A program made the translations under genes and the position numbers. Source: a virus (Duplodnaviria > Caudoviricetes). Taken from it: DNA of 64,000 nt. Below the pieces are notes generated by a model, which was given only the letters and a program-made list of their open reading frames with translations, was not told the origin of the DNA and searched no databases. Shown piece by piece: positions 47,622 to 57,823 of this stretch. Every line of letters starts with the position of its first letter. Position 1 is the stretch's first letter. The DNA is taken from IMG/VR virus record IMGVR_UViG_3300031134_000001, positions 96,001-160,000 of that record; one strand, written 5' to 3'.

Positions 47622-49019
47622 ATGGCACTGAATAATCTGCAAATTACCACTGAACACAATCGTGCGCAGATCGATTTGCATGGCGACATGGACGTAACGT
47701 TGGGCGTGGGTTTGCCTGCATCGTTCAACGTCCTTTTCTTTACAACCACCAGTGAGAAGTTCGCGATCAAAACGATCGAAACCATCATCGGTCTGGATGG
47801 TAAAGCTACCCAGCTGTTGAACTTTGGCGGTTCGCCCGGCCTGTCCATCAAGCTGGCTTACAACGCCACTGATAAGAAGTGGATGGTGGTTGACAACAAC
47901 ATCATGCGTAGCAGCGGTGTGAGTGAACACCTGATCGGCGAATACGAGTGGGAAAAGGAAGCGCTCCCAACCATTCGTGTGGCGGCCATCCCAGGTAGCG
48001 TCACCGCCGCTGGCAACGTGACGATCACGGCAACGGTCTCATCGCCTTATACGGTGGACTATGTCGAGTTCTACCGTAACGATGTCAAGGTCGCTACTGA
48101 CCGCGCAGCGCCGTACTCGTTCGTTGATCCGGTCACGATCGCCAACAACGGTAGTATTTCGTATCACGCTAAGCTGTTCGATACGCGCAACAACATCATT
48201 TCCAGCGAACCCGTAACGGTGGTGGTTAATATCGCTCCGCCTGTGGTGGAACCTGAACCAACACCAGATTCGACGCCACCGTCGGTCAACATGTCGGTCG
48301 ATACAACCAGCTTCACAGCACCTGGCATCTTAACGTTGACGGCGCAAGCCAACGACGATGTGGGCGTAACCAAAGTTGAGTTCCTGCGCAATGGCGTGGT
48401 GTTCGCGGTCAAGACGGTTGCACCTTACAGCACCACGCAAGGCATCACCGATGCGGACAACGGCACGATTGTCTACGCCGCGCGCGCACACGACTCGCGT
48501 AACTCGACGACGACGCCTTCGGTAAATGTGAGTGTGCAGATTTCCAAGCCATCGGAAGTCACGCAGTTAACCGTCGACACAAGTATCACCAGTTCCACGG
48601 AAGGTTCTATCGCCATCGCTGACAGCGGTACGAGCGCAACCGGTAAACGACTGGCTGCGGCGCAGGCGATCATCGATCAGATGTCGCCATCGCACACGCT
48701 GAACATCTACCGTGATGGTTTGACCATCTTCAGCGCCAAGTTCGCCGGACCCATGACCATCTACAACGATGGCAAGGATATCGGCGTTGGACTGAACGAT
48801 GTGGTCTCGGGCGTAGCTACTCGCTCGGCGGACATCAACACCGGTAAGTGGGCGTTCCAGCTGGTGGGTGGTGCTTCGGGTCAGCGTTTGATTGCAGGTA
48901 CCGTGGGTCCAACCGGATCGGGCGCTGACATCATTCTGCAAGACTCGCCGTTCCAAGGCCAGCAGTTCGACGCTATCGTCATCTTCATCCTCGATCGTTC
49001 GATCGACGGTTTGTCTTAA
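47622..49019 (+). CDS. Tail-associated protein with two bacterial Ig-like domains
   Basis: ATG at 47622 after GGAG. VEFYRNDVKVATDRAAPYS and DDVGVTKVEFLRNG..APYS are Ig-like repeats. Confidence 0.75.
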   Translation: MALNNLQITTEHNRAQIDLHGDMDVTLGVGLPASFNVLFFTTTSEKFAIKTIETIIGLDGKATQLLNFGGSPGLSIKLAYNATDKKWMVVDNNIMRSSGVSEHLIGEYEWEKEALPTIRVAAIPGSVTAAGNVTITATVSSPYTVDYVEFYRNDVKVATDRAAPYSFVDPVTIANNGSISYHAKLFDTRNNIISSEPVTVVVNIAPPVVEPEPTPDSTPPSVNMSVDTTSFTAPGILTLTAQANDDVGVTKVEFLRNGVVFAVKTVAPYSTTQGITDADNGTIVYAARAHDSRNSTTTPSVNVSVQISKPSEVTQLTVDTSITSSTEGSIAIADSGTSATGKRLAAAQAIIDQMSPSHTLNIYRDGLTIFSAKFAGPMTIYNDGKDIGVGLNDVVSGVATRSADINTGKWAFQLVGGASGQRLIAGTVGPTGSGADIILQDSPFQGQQFDAIVIFILDRSIDGLS

Positions 49020-49034
49020 TTTTCGAGGTATTTC

Positions 49035-51650
49035 ATGCTTACATGTGATCGTGTGTTAGCCAATGCAGTGCGTAAGCTCGGCGATAAACAAAGCCAAATG
49101 AGCTACATCGCCAATGCATTGGGTCCTAACCGTGTGGTACGAGCGTGGCACGACGCCAGCGGTACTGCGAAGTACCCAGCATTAACCGGCACCGAAATCA
49201 TCAGCCTGCAAATGGATGGTAATTTGAGTCTGGCCGGCGGCTCCATCACGGGCTTGGGCTTTACCAACAAAGTCAACAAGTTCCTGCCGAACATCAACCT
49301 GGCTACTGGCCAGGCAGTCATGCGTATCGAAGGTAACGGCCACTATATCCAAGGTACACTGGGTCTGCTTGGCAACTTCGACTTCTCGCTGTCGGCCAAC
49401 CCAGATCCACTGCGCGGCCTGGCGTTCTCCAATGCATCGCGCATGAACGCGCCGGTGTTTGTGCCGTCGGGTACCGGCCCTAAAGCCCCCGATAAAGTGC
49501 GCACATCGCCGCACCGCATCAAACTGTACGACTGGAGCGATCCACGTTCGCCAGTGCTGGTCAAATCGATTCCCTTCGACAACCGTCAACCTGACTGGGT
49601 GTACGAAGATGCTGAGATGGCCCGCAGTACAGGTGACGCGGCTGTGTGGCAGACCGAGAATGCGTTCTGGGATAACTTCAGTCTGGGCGCTACGCTCGTG
49701 ATTGCGGACCCAAGCTGCACCGAAGTCGGCAACGTTCCGCTGTACCAGATCATGGTCGGCTGGAAGTACGAAGCGTCGTGGAGCACCTACCCACGCAGCA
49801 ACACGCAGATGCGCGAAACCGTGGTGATGAACCCACCACCGTACAAGATCGTGGTTGAAGACCAGAACGGCACTACGATGTACGTCTGGGAAATGCACGA
49901 TGGTTCGCCAATCAACGACTTCCGTCTGTATTCGGGTAACAGTCACCGTGGTGGTCGCTCCGCTACCGCAGCGCTGCAACCGCAGTTCAACACGATGATG
50001 ATGCTGTTCTGGCAGAACACCCGCCCGCGCCGCACCGACTTCATCGAGAAGCTGTACCCTGGTTCGCTGAACTTCCGCCAGACGATGTCCAAGAGCTACC
50101 TGAGTATGATCAGCGTTGAACCGCTGCTCACCGGTGGCTACGGCGGTAACTCGGCCAACGGCCTGGCACACATGTACTACTCGACCAAATGGCCGAACGT
50201 GTATGGTCCACAACCGATTACCGACCCGTACATCAGCGCTGGTGCCAACAACGTGTACAGTGCGCTGTACAACGCGTGGGCGCAGGGTTACGGCTACGAG
50301 CCCGGTGCATTTGGTAACCACAACTGGTATACCTCGCCAGGTGGTCCACGCGGTGACCGCTGCGTCATCCCAACGTTCCTGGCCATGTACCTGACGGACC
50401 CAAGTGGTTACCGTCTGCAAGGCAATGTGCCGCACCGTGAGCTGGTTGATGAATGGTTCAAGAACTCCTGGAACCACAGTAACCACCACCTGACGAACGC
50501 GGCCACTTTGGCCACGATCCCGCTCGATGAAGTCATTGGCGATGAATGGGTGCTGGACGCAGCGTACTACGGCGTCTACCCACGTGACAAATCGATCCTG
50601 ATGTGCGGCGACCAACGTGAAGGTACGTCCCAGCGTCACTACGACCTCGAAGGTAACATGTACATCTCGGGTTGGGCCCGCGATCCACTGCACGACTACC
50701 ACAGCCGTGGTTGGGCGTCGATGGCGTTTTGCAGCCCAGCGCATGGTATCGGTAGTAAGTTCGATACCTTGACCTCGATGATGTTGCACCAGAACCCGTA
50801 CAAAGATCCGACCGATTATTACATGGTGCGGACAATGGCATGGCACTGGATGCACCTCGTGATCGCATGGAAGAATGCTAGTCAGCATCCGACCCTGGGT
50901 ATCCCACGCATCAAGATCGAGAACCACTTCGCCAAGATGCTCGAAGCGTACTACAACACATTCTACAAGCGTGTGTTCATCGACATGGACCAAGACCCAA
51001 CCGCAGTCATCATGCGTAATCTGGGTATCAGCGTTGACTGGTCGAATGGTCGTTGGGGTGACAAAGGCGGTCGTCTGGGCTTCTACATGGCTCACGTGCT
51101 CCAGCTGATGAAACAGACCGGTATGTGGCACGCCATGATTCGTCGTGGTACAGTGTATGAGACCGTCCTGAAAAATCTCATCGAGAACATGGACCGGTAC
51201 TGCTTCGGCATGATCACCGACGGTCGCGGCGCTGCAACTGGCTACCAAGCTATCGGCGGCAACAACTACGACGTCTCCACCATCCCTAGCGACTGGGCTG
51301 ACTGGTACGAACGCAACAAGAACGAGCCTTGGGCTGGTGACTTCGTGCACCGCGCTGAATGGCTCAACGGTCAGAACCGCTATGGCCCAATCGAGTACAA
51401 CCCGAATGAAGACGTCGGTAACTCGAACATGGTGTCCTACGCCCGTATCCGCCGTGACTACTTCCCTGAGATCCCACATCCGAAGCTGCAAGCGGCTAAC
51501 GATGAGTTCGATCGCTACGAAGCCATTGTCGCAGCGAAGGTGGCAGCGGAACCGGTCGATCGTAACAAGTACGATCTCGACTACAAGTACCGTTGCCAAG
51601 GCTTGTCGCCGTTCAAGGGACCGAAACCAGGCAATCTCGTTTTAGCGTAA
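49035..51650 (+). CDS. Large hypothetical tail-cluster protein, aromatic-rich, possibly carbohydrate-active
   Basis: 871 aa, SD GAGG, W/Y/H-rich C-terminal two-thirds. No motif confidently recognised. Confidence 0.6.
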   Translation: MLTCDRVLANAVRKLGDKQSQMSYIANALGPNRVVRAWHDASGTAKYPALTGTEIISLQMDGNLSLAGGSITGLGFTNKVNKFLPNINLATGQAVMRIEGNGHYIQGTLGLLGNFDFSLSANPDPLRGLAFSNASRMNAPVFVPSGTGPKAPDKVRTSPHRIKLYDWSDPRSPVLVKSIPFDNRQPDWVYEDAEMARSTGDAAVWQTENAFWDNFSLGATLVIADPSCTEVGNVPLYQIMVGWKYEASWSTYPRSNTQMRETVVMNPPPYKIVVEDQNGTTMYVWEMHDGSPINDFRLYSGNSHRGGRSATAALQPQFNTMMMLFWQNTRPRRTDFIEKLYPGSLNFRQTMSKSYLSMISVEPLLTGGYGGNSANGLAHMYYSTKWPNVYGPQPITDPYISAGANNVYSALYNAWAQGYGYEPGAFGNHNWYTSPGGPRGDRCVIPTFLAMYLTDPSGYRLQGNVPHRELVDEWFKNSWNHSNHHLTNAATLATIPLDEVIGDEWVLDAAYYGVYPRDKSILMCGDQREGTSQRHYDLEGNMYISGWARDPLHDYHSRGWASMAFCSPAHGIGSKFDTLTSMMLHQNPYKDPTDYYMVRTMAWHWMHLVIAWKNASQHPTLGIPRIKIENHFAKMLEAYYNTFYKRVFIDMDQDPTAVIMRNLGISVDWSNGRWGDKGGRLGFYMAHVLQLMKQTGMWHAMIRRGTVYETVLKNLIENMDRYCFGMITDGRGAATGYQAIGGNNYDVSTIPSDWADWYERNKNEPWAGDFVHRAEWLNGQNRYGPIEYNPNEDVGNSNMVSYARIRRDYFPEIPHPKLQAANDEFDRYEAIVAAKVAAEPVDRNKYDLDYKYRCQGLSPFKGPKPGNLVLA

Positions 51651-51657
51651 CAACACT

Positions 51658-51687
51658 AGCAGGTGGGCTTCGGCTCGCCTGCTTTTT
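51658..51687 (+). terminator. Intrinsic terminator
   Basis: AGCAGGTGGGC-TTCG-GCTCGCCTGCT plus a T-run. Confidence 0.8.
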
Positions 51688-51711
51688 CTCTGTAATTAAA
51701 AAGAGGTCAAA

Positions 51712-54700
51712 ATGGCTGTTTACACTACCCCTATGGGTAATCAGGTTCGCTTAAAGCTCAAAGGCTCGATCGTCGAGAGCGGTAGTGAGCCGAACTGGAG
51801 CTATAGCGGCGCAGCTGCTGGTGTTCCAAACACACAGCGTACCGGTATTTTCCCAGGCATTATCCCTGCCAACCAAAATGGCTCGATCGCCATCAAGGTC
51901 ACAACGCCGGGTGAAATCTCCCTGGCACTGCACAAGAGCACCACGCAACCGGCTGACGGTACGGACTTCGACTTCCGTTCGACGATTCGTTCGTCGACGC
52001 AAACGTATCAGCCAGTCAAACCCGGTCAAGCTACCGACACCCCTGAACTGCCGAAGGTCGACGACATCATGCAGATGCGTCGCCAAGACACCACCATCGT
52101 CGCTGAACTCTCGCGTGATAATGGCGCCACGTGGATCACGTTGGTAACCTGGACCGGCGTGCCGTTCACCCAAGAACTGACCGGTATGCTGTTCCTGGGT
52201 GTGGGTACCGTCATCGGTGGCCTTTACAGCAAAGGTCTGCGTCTGGGCGCCGCCTTCGATACGTTCGAAGGTCTGGCTGCTGGTACGTCGCTCACCAACC
52301 GGCTGTGGAAGAGTGGTGACTTTAGCTGGCCAACCGATGCTCTGGTGCGTCTGAAAGCCAACGGCGCCGGTTACGTGACACGTGACCTGACGCTGAACGA
52401 CACTCGCACCGTGGCGCGCCTGACCATGCGTGAAGGCGACCTCGGTTTGGCAGTGGCATTCAAGCACACCAACACTGACGAAACCTTAACTCCGATCTTG
52501 CGTATCGGTTGCGATAGCTCAGGCGCTGCCGGTATGCAGGTCAAGCTCGTGGGTGGTCGAATGCTGGCCTTGGAGCAGGGTTATGGACTCGACGGCGGTA
52601 GCAATTCAGTACCTGCCGTCCTCATGCTCGACCAGGAATACCTGTTCGAAGCATCGCTCTCGGACGATGCCAGCGGCAAAGTGTACAACTTCCGCCTGAT
52701 GCGCGCTCCTGGCGGCGCCCGTACCAGTCTGGTAGCACAAGGTACGGTTACCGCAAAATACGTACACACCGGTGGTCGCATGGCGATCGAAGCTTCGACA
52801 CAGTCCAATGAAATGGACCCAATCCAGCGTGTGGAAGCACTCACGACGCCTGTGGCGATCATCGACCAAGGTGGTTCGGCTTTCCCAGTAGATGATGGCG
52901 TTGTCATTACCTCGCTCATCGGTAAAGGCGCCGACTGCCACTTCGCTGAAATCGCTGACTGGTGGAATTGGGTGCCTGAAAGTCTGGTGGCCCAAAGGCG
53001 TAGTCACGTCGGTCTGCTCGACAAGACTGCAGTGTTCGCTTATCCCACCCTGAACATGTCCGGCAAGACGACCAGCCCTGAGTTCAGCCTGTTGCTGCGC
53101 CCACGTCCAGGTCATGCTTGGTACGAGCACCCAGACTTCCTGACGGGTCCACTGCGCTACAACCCAGAGCGTGGTGTGGCAATCGAACTGAGCTACCAGT
53201 ACAACGATCTGCTTACAGTGGGTTGCGAAAACTTCGCGGTTGAGAGTTGCCAGATCAAGAGCAAAGACCAAGCATGGTCGGGTGGCTGCTTGGTGCGCGT
53301 TGCGGCGTATAACAGCCCACTGCGCATGAACTTTATCGACACCGGCGTTATCGCTGGCCGCTGGAGTGTTGGTGTCAAGACCATGGGTGATGGCCACTAC
53401 GGCAACATCGTTTGGATTCCAGGTTCGCCCGAATTCGCGGTGCACCACGACACCCAAGGCGGTTTCTGGGAAAACAACACGATCGTCGGCGCTTCGGATG
53501 GCGGAGCAGCTACCGATACCATCGCGCTTACCAGCTCACGCGGCACTCATCGTAACAACGCTTTCTTCGGCTTCGCAGAGAACTTCCGCTCTTACTACGG
53601 TACGGCAGTGGACTTCCTTAACTGCGCTACCGACAAAGCAGAAAACATGGCGTTTGCTGTGTCGACCGGTAAGAAAGAAAACAATCTGTATGGTCTGGCC
53701 GCAACTGACCAGTTCATGAACACCACCAAGCTCGGTTGCGACTTGCGCGTGAAGGAAGGTTCGGCATTCTACAACGCTGGCGCAACGCCAAGTTCGTGGA
53801 ACACCCGCTCCATCAACGGCGCTCGTGTCAAGCAAGGTGTGGTTGACATCGGTGCATGGGAAGCGCCGCGGCGTCTGCCAAGCAAAATCGTGATCAGCGG
53901 TAAAGCCACCAACACCACCGGTTACACCACCCCGATCCGCGTCACCCTCAACCAAGTGCTGGTCGGTGATGAAACACAAACCGTCAAGATGTCCGATGGC
54001 GCGCAAGGTGTGTTTACGCCAGCAACGTTCATCCTGTCGGCGGCTCAACCATTCCAAGACGTGGTGTACGCTTCGGCTGGTGATCTGGGCGCTCGCACGA
54101 TCACGGCCATGGACCACATGGGCACTTACGACATTGCTGACGGCACGTTCGCCATGCAAGTCATCGCGCCTTCGCCAGCGACCAAGCTCGTGGTGGAAAA
54201 CGTGGTAGCAGGTAAAGTGGGCGAAGCGGTAACGTTCACCCTCTCGACTGACAACCCACTGTTTAGCGATCACTCGATCGTCTACACGCTGTCCTCGGAC
54301 GGCCCTGGTGTGTTTGCGGAAAAGACCGGCACCCTGAACAAAGGTAACCTCAACGACGTCATCTCGTTCATGCCGCTCGATTCGGGTGACTACAACATCA
54401 CCATTTCGCCTAACGGCAATCTGGCGATGGCAACGATGGTGGTGAAAGTAACTGTAGCGGCGCTGCCTCCGACCTATGGTCCGGGCGAGAACCGTTACTA
54501 CGTGGGTCCGGGTCGTCAGTTCCTGACCATGGATGCATGTATTGCTTACATCAACAATCGCGATCTGGTGACGGACAAAGCCTCGATCTTCGTCCATGTG
54601 GCTGGCAACATTTCGGTCAAGGGCCAAATCTCGCTGACACAAGACTCGACATATTTCGTCACCATCTTGCCATCGGGTAGTAAAGGTTATCGCACCAAAG

Positions 54701-57651
54701 CTACCATGGGTAAATTCCATTACCCGGACGATGGTGCCGAGATGACGTTTGCGGGCGGTGACTTCAAAGTGCCACCAGGCACGGTCGTGAAAGAAATGCG
54801 TCTGAAGTTTAGTGACGGCTCGCGCCTGAACTTTACTGGCCTGCGCACGGGTTCGGTGATGAGTTACTTGCGAGACAATCGCATTTTCGTTGAGCGTCTG
54901 GGAACGGATTGGGTGATTGGTTGCGGCGAGTTCGCCTCCAGTTTGGAAATCTTCAACAACGTGTTTGTTGCTACCCGCCCTGGTGTAGTGGCTGGTCTGG
55001 GTGACGGCTACGGCGCGATCTACGGTAACACCTTTGTTGGTCTGGGTGCTGCTGTGGGTGACGTTACGTTGGCGTTTGGTTACTACGGTAATCCAGGCGG
55101 TCAACAAGTTATCCAGAACAACGTGTTCTTGGATTGCGGTGGCTGGCCAATGAACTTTGCCAACACGGCGCCAAACCGCTACAATCCGGACTTCTTCACC
55201 AACAACTACACCAACACACCGCTGTCGGGCGCAAAAGACTTGGTGCTGCCAATCGGTATGTTGGCACACACCACGAGTGCTCTGGTCGTGGACAAAGCGC
55301 TGGATCTGCGTCCTGCTGAAAACAGCATGCTGCTGGGTAAGGCAACGGCGATCGCGATTTCGAAGAACGATGGTGCGGGTAACAACCGCGGCTTCCAACC
55401 AGACATCGGCGCATTCCAGCGCACACCAGCTACTACACTGCCGATCGTGACAGCAACCAAGCAAGACCTCCAAGGTCAGATGTTGAAGTTGGGTGTGTCG
55501 TTGGTCAACACGGTCGACACGCTGAATGTCATCGTCGAAGCTGATGGTAGCGGCGGCGCAAGCCGTGGTCCGCTGCCAGTGACGTTTACCGCCACAGACG
55601 CTGCAATCGACATCAGCAGCTTGACGCCAGGTAAGTACAAGGCGCCAGTCTTCACAGCAGCTAACGCGGGTGGTTCGGGCAAGTCGACGGGCTTCCTGCC
55701 ATTTACCATCGACCCAATCGTGGTCAATGCAACACTGGCTGACTTTATCGGCGTGACCGATACGGTGCTCGCGCAAGGTCGTCCTAAGTTGCCGTTCCGT
55801 GGTACGACGAACGGTTCGGTGGTTGATCTGTTGCCACCGACTGTGAAGCTCTCCGCAAACCAGACCAACTTCATCGAACAAGGTTTCGTCGAACTGACGG
55901 CTGAAGTGGGCGATGACGTGGGTGTAACCAAGGTTGAGTTCTACAAGAACGATATCCTGGCCATGGTGCGTGAGGCTGCGCCTTGGACTTACTCGCTGTT
56001 GATGTCAGCTACCTCGACCAAAACATCGGTCTGGAAAGCCAAGGCGTTTGACCTGTCCGGCAAGTCCACTACCAGCGATGCGGTCAATGTGTATTCCAAC
56101 ATCCCATCGCCTGATCTGGTTGCGCCAACGGTGGTGAGCATTGTCGCCAACGACAAGCACAACCTGACGATCGAATTCTCGCGCGCTATGAACACGGCGC
56201 CTGACTACGACTTCGCAGGTTCCGGCAGTTACGCGCTGGGTGACCACATGGTGATGTCTTCGCGCTGGCTCGATGGTAGCAATACCAAACTGAGCATGGG
56301 TCTGGACGGTCACTGGACGATGGCTGCTGGTGAAGTGTTGTCGTTCTCGTACATCCAAAACAAGATCCGCGGCTGGCGTAGCGCTGATGGCGTGTTGGTC
56401 GGTTCGTTGCACGACATCCCGGTTACCAACAACATCCCAGTGGAACTGAAGGAGCCGCTGCACCATGCTGTTAGCAACATCGGCGCTAACCTGCCGATCG
56501 CGTCGACGCCATGGACTCGCGGTAGCGCGAGCTGGGAACCAAACACCAAGCTGGTCGGTAAAACCGGTGGTGGTGTGGTGCCAGGTGCAGGTAACCCAGT
56601 GATCGCTGGTATCGCCCGTAGCGGTGAGTTCTTCAACGATGGTTACTTCTACCAACGTGGTCTGGCGGTCTTCTTCAAGATGAACGCGGCAACTGATTCG
56701 GCGTACGGTCTCATCCTGCGTTCGGACAACAGTGAGACAGCGTTTGGTAAAGGTCTGCGCGTTTGGGTAACCAACGACGGCGTGGTGCATTTCAACCACG
56801 TACCTGAAAGCAGCATCACCCCAACGGTGTTGCCGGATATCCCAACGTCGGCGCTGGTAGCTGGTCAAGAGTACTGCCTGGAAATTCAGCAGTTTCTCAT
56901 CAGTGGCTTCTCGGTGTACGAGTACCGTCTGTCTGCAAGCGCTAACCGCGTACGTGGTGCGACGCTGGCGAGTGTGCGGTTCCATACCACGGAATCGAGC
57001 AACTCGCCGTACATGAAAGTCTACGCGGTCAATCCATCGGCCACGCCAGCGACCATCACGCACTTCGAAGGTCCAACTGGCTTCTTCGGCGCACCAGAAG
57101 TCTGGCCAGCCATGACTCTGCCAAACAAGGCACGTTTGTCGAAACTGTCAAACATTGTCGAGAGCGGCTCGGCGCCGGATTACGTCTACACCGGTAAAGG
57201 TGCGATGCTGGCCGACACCCCAGGTGGCGTGTTCGATCTGATGTTCAGTAATCGCGCATGGGCCTCCAACGGTATCCAAGCGACGCTGGGTGATCAGATC
57301 AACGACATCCATCTGGCAGTTTGCATGAGCAAGACGGCAAACGTCGTTGGTGAGTTGTTACCAGTGAAGAACACGCTGATGGCCATTCGTGCATCGGCGG
57401 TGGGTAAGAAGTACGAAGTGTTGGTCAACAACAAACTGCGTGCTGCCCAGAAACAGGTAACCATCGCTGCTGGTGACATGATCCGTATCCGCTGCGTAGC
57501 AACGGCGATCTTCGCTGAAGTCATGAAGAACGGCGTGTGGATCAAGCTCGGCTACATCCGTAGCGCTACCAATCCTGACGGCAGTAACTCGATGATGTAC
57601 AGTCAGTTGCTGCTGCCAGGTAACTCGACGGTCTCGGGTTTGAAATACTAA
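51712..57651 (+). CDS. Giant multidomain receptor-binding/adhesin-like protein (lectin-like, two beta-helices, Ig-like domains)
   Basis: 1979 aa. Two beta-helix units end in DIGAWE and DIGAFQ; Ig-like DDVGVTKVEF; homologous terminal domains (IVESGSxPxxxYxG). Confidence 0.75.
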   Translation: MAVYTTPMGNQVRLKLKGSIVESGSEPNWSYSGAAAGVPNTQRTGIFPGIIPANQNGSIAIKVTTPGEISLALHKSTTQPADGTDFDFRSTIRSSTQTYQPVKPGQATDTPELPKVDDIMQMRRQDTTIVAELSRDNGATWITLVTWTGVPFTQELTGMLFLGVGTVIGGLYSKGLRLGAAFDTFEGLAAGTSLTNRLWKSGDFSWPTDALVRLKANGAGYVTRDLTLNDTRTVARLTMREGDLGLAVAFKHTNTDETLTPILRIGCDSSGAAGMQVKLVGGRMLALEQGYGLDGGSNSVPAVLMLDQEYLFEASLSDDASGKVYNFRLMRAPGGARTSLVAQGTVTAKYVHTGGRMAIEASTQSNEMDPIQRVEALTTPVAIIDQGGSAFPVDDGVVITSLIGKGADCHFAEIADWWNWVPESLVAQRRSHVGLLDKTAVFAYPTLNMSGKTTSPEFSLLLRPRPGHAWYEHPDFLTGPLRYNPERGVAIELSYQYNDLLTVGCENFAVESCQIKSKDQAWSGGCLVRVAAYNSPLRMNFIDTGVIAGRWSVGVKTMGDGHYGNIVWIPGSPEFAVHHDTQGGFWENNTIVGASDGGAATDTIALTSSRGTHRNNAFFGFAENFRSYYGTAVDFLNCATDKAENMAFAVSTGKKENNLYGLAATDQFMNTTKLGCDLRVKEGSAFYNAGATPSSWNTRSINGARVKQGVVDIGAWEAPRRLPSKIVISGKATNTTGYTTPIRVTLNQVLVGDETQTVKMSDGAQGVFTPATFILSAAQPFQDVVYASAGDLGARTITAMDHMGTYDIADGTFAMQVIAPSPATKLVVENVVAGKVGEAVTFTLSTDNPLFSDHSIVYTLSSDGPGVFAEKTGTLNKGNLNDVISFMPLDSGDYNITISPNGNLAMATMVVKVTVAALPPTYGPGENRYYVGPGRQFLTMDACIAYINNRDLVTDKASIFVHVAGNISVKGQISLTQDSTYFVTILPSGSKGYRTKATMGKFHYPDDGAEMTFAGGDFKVPPGTVVKEMRLKFSDGSRLNFTGLRTGSVMSYLRDNRIFVERLGTDWVIGCGEFASSLEIFNNVFVATRPGVVAGLGDGYGAIYGNTFVGLGAAVGDVTLAFGYYGNPGGQQVIQNNVFLDCGGWPMNFANTAPNRYNPDFFTNNYTNTPLSGAKDLVLPIGMLAHTTSALVVDKALDLRPAENSMLLGKATAIAISKNDGAGNNRGFQPDIGAFQRTPATTLPIVTATKQDLQGQMLKLGVSLVNTVDTLNVIVEADGSGGASRGPLPVTFTATDAAIDISSLTPGKYKAPVFTAANAGGSGKSTGFLPFTIDPIVVNATLADFIGVTDTVLAQGRPKLPFRGTTNGSVVDLLPPTVKLSANQTNFIEQGFVELTAEVGDDVGVTKVEFYKNDILAMVREAAPWTYSLLMSATSTKTSVWKAKAFDLSGKSTTSDAVNVYSNIPSPDLVAPTVVSIVANDKHNLTIEFSRAMNTAPDYDFAGSGSYALGDHMVMSSRWLDGSNTKLSMGLDGHWTMAAGEVLSFSYIQNKIRGWRSADGVLVGSLHDIPVTNNIPVELKEPLHHAVSNIGANLPIASTPWTRGSASWEPNTKLVGKTGGGVVPGAGNPVIAGIARSGEFFNDGYFYQRGLAVFFKMNAATDSAYGLILRSDNSETAFGKGLRVWVTNDGVVHFNHVPESSITPTVLPDIPTSALVAGQEYCLEIQQFLISGFSVYEYRLSASANRVRGATLASVRFHTTESSNSPYMKVYAVNPSATPATITHFEGPTGFFGAPEVWPAMTLPNKARLSKLSNIVESGSAPDYVYTGKGAMLADTPGGVFDLMFSNRAWASNGIQATLGDQINDIHLAVCMSKTANVVGELLPVKNTLMAIRASAVGKKYEVLVNNKLRAAQKQVTIAAGDMIRIRCVATAIFAEVMKNGVWIKLGYIRSATNPDGSNSMMYSQLLLPGNSTVSGLKY

Positions 57652-57665
57652 TCGAGTAATCGGTT

Positions 57666-57682
57666 GTTAATCTTAGATTAAC
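57666..57682. promoter_or_regulatory. Perfect 8+1+8 inverted repeat, operator-like
   Basis: GTTAATCT-T-AGATTAAC. Confidence 0.35.
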
Positions 57683-57728
57683 CATAGACTCCCTCCCGGC
57701 CTTGCGGCTGGGAGGGGGCTTATGCCGT
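57681..57728 (+). terminator. Hairpin followed by TATGCCGT, ending the tail cluster
   Basis: CTCCCTCCCGGCC...GGCTGGGAGGGGG stem; no U-tract; CATA on the left flank. Confidence 0.65.
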
Positions 57729-57823
57729 CATGTGGTACTAGAATATTTCACGTCCATATTACACAGGTAGATAGAACAACCAATGTTCTACGACATGTCT
57801 AAACTCTTCCTGAAAGGAACATC

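Noticed and set aside
53536-55881. Long antisense ORFs (for example 53536-55881, 49182-51599, 45786-47603, 30757-32115, 29229-30599, 11534-12994, 4954-6312)
   Set aside because: They shadow well-supported genes on the other strand, lack SDs and recognisable motifs, and are expected from biased codon usage.
38635-57651. Possible diversity-generating retroelement acting on tail fibres
   Set aside because: No reverse transcriptase is in the window, and the repeated modules differ mainly at synonymous sites rather than at adenines.
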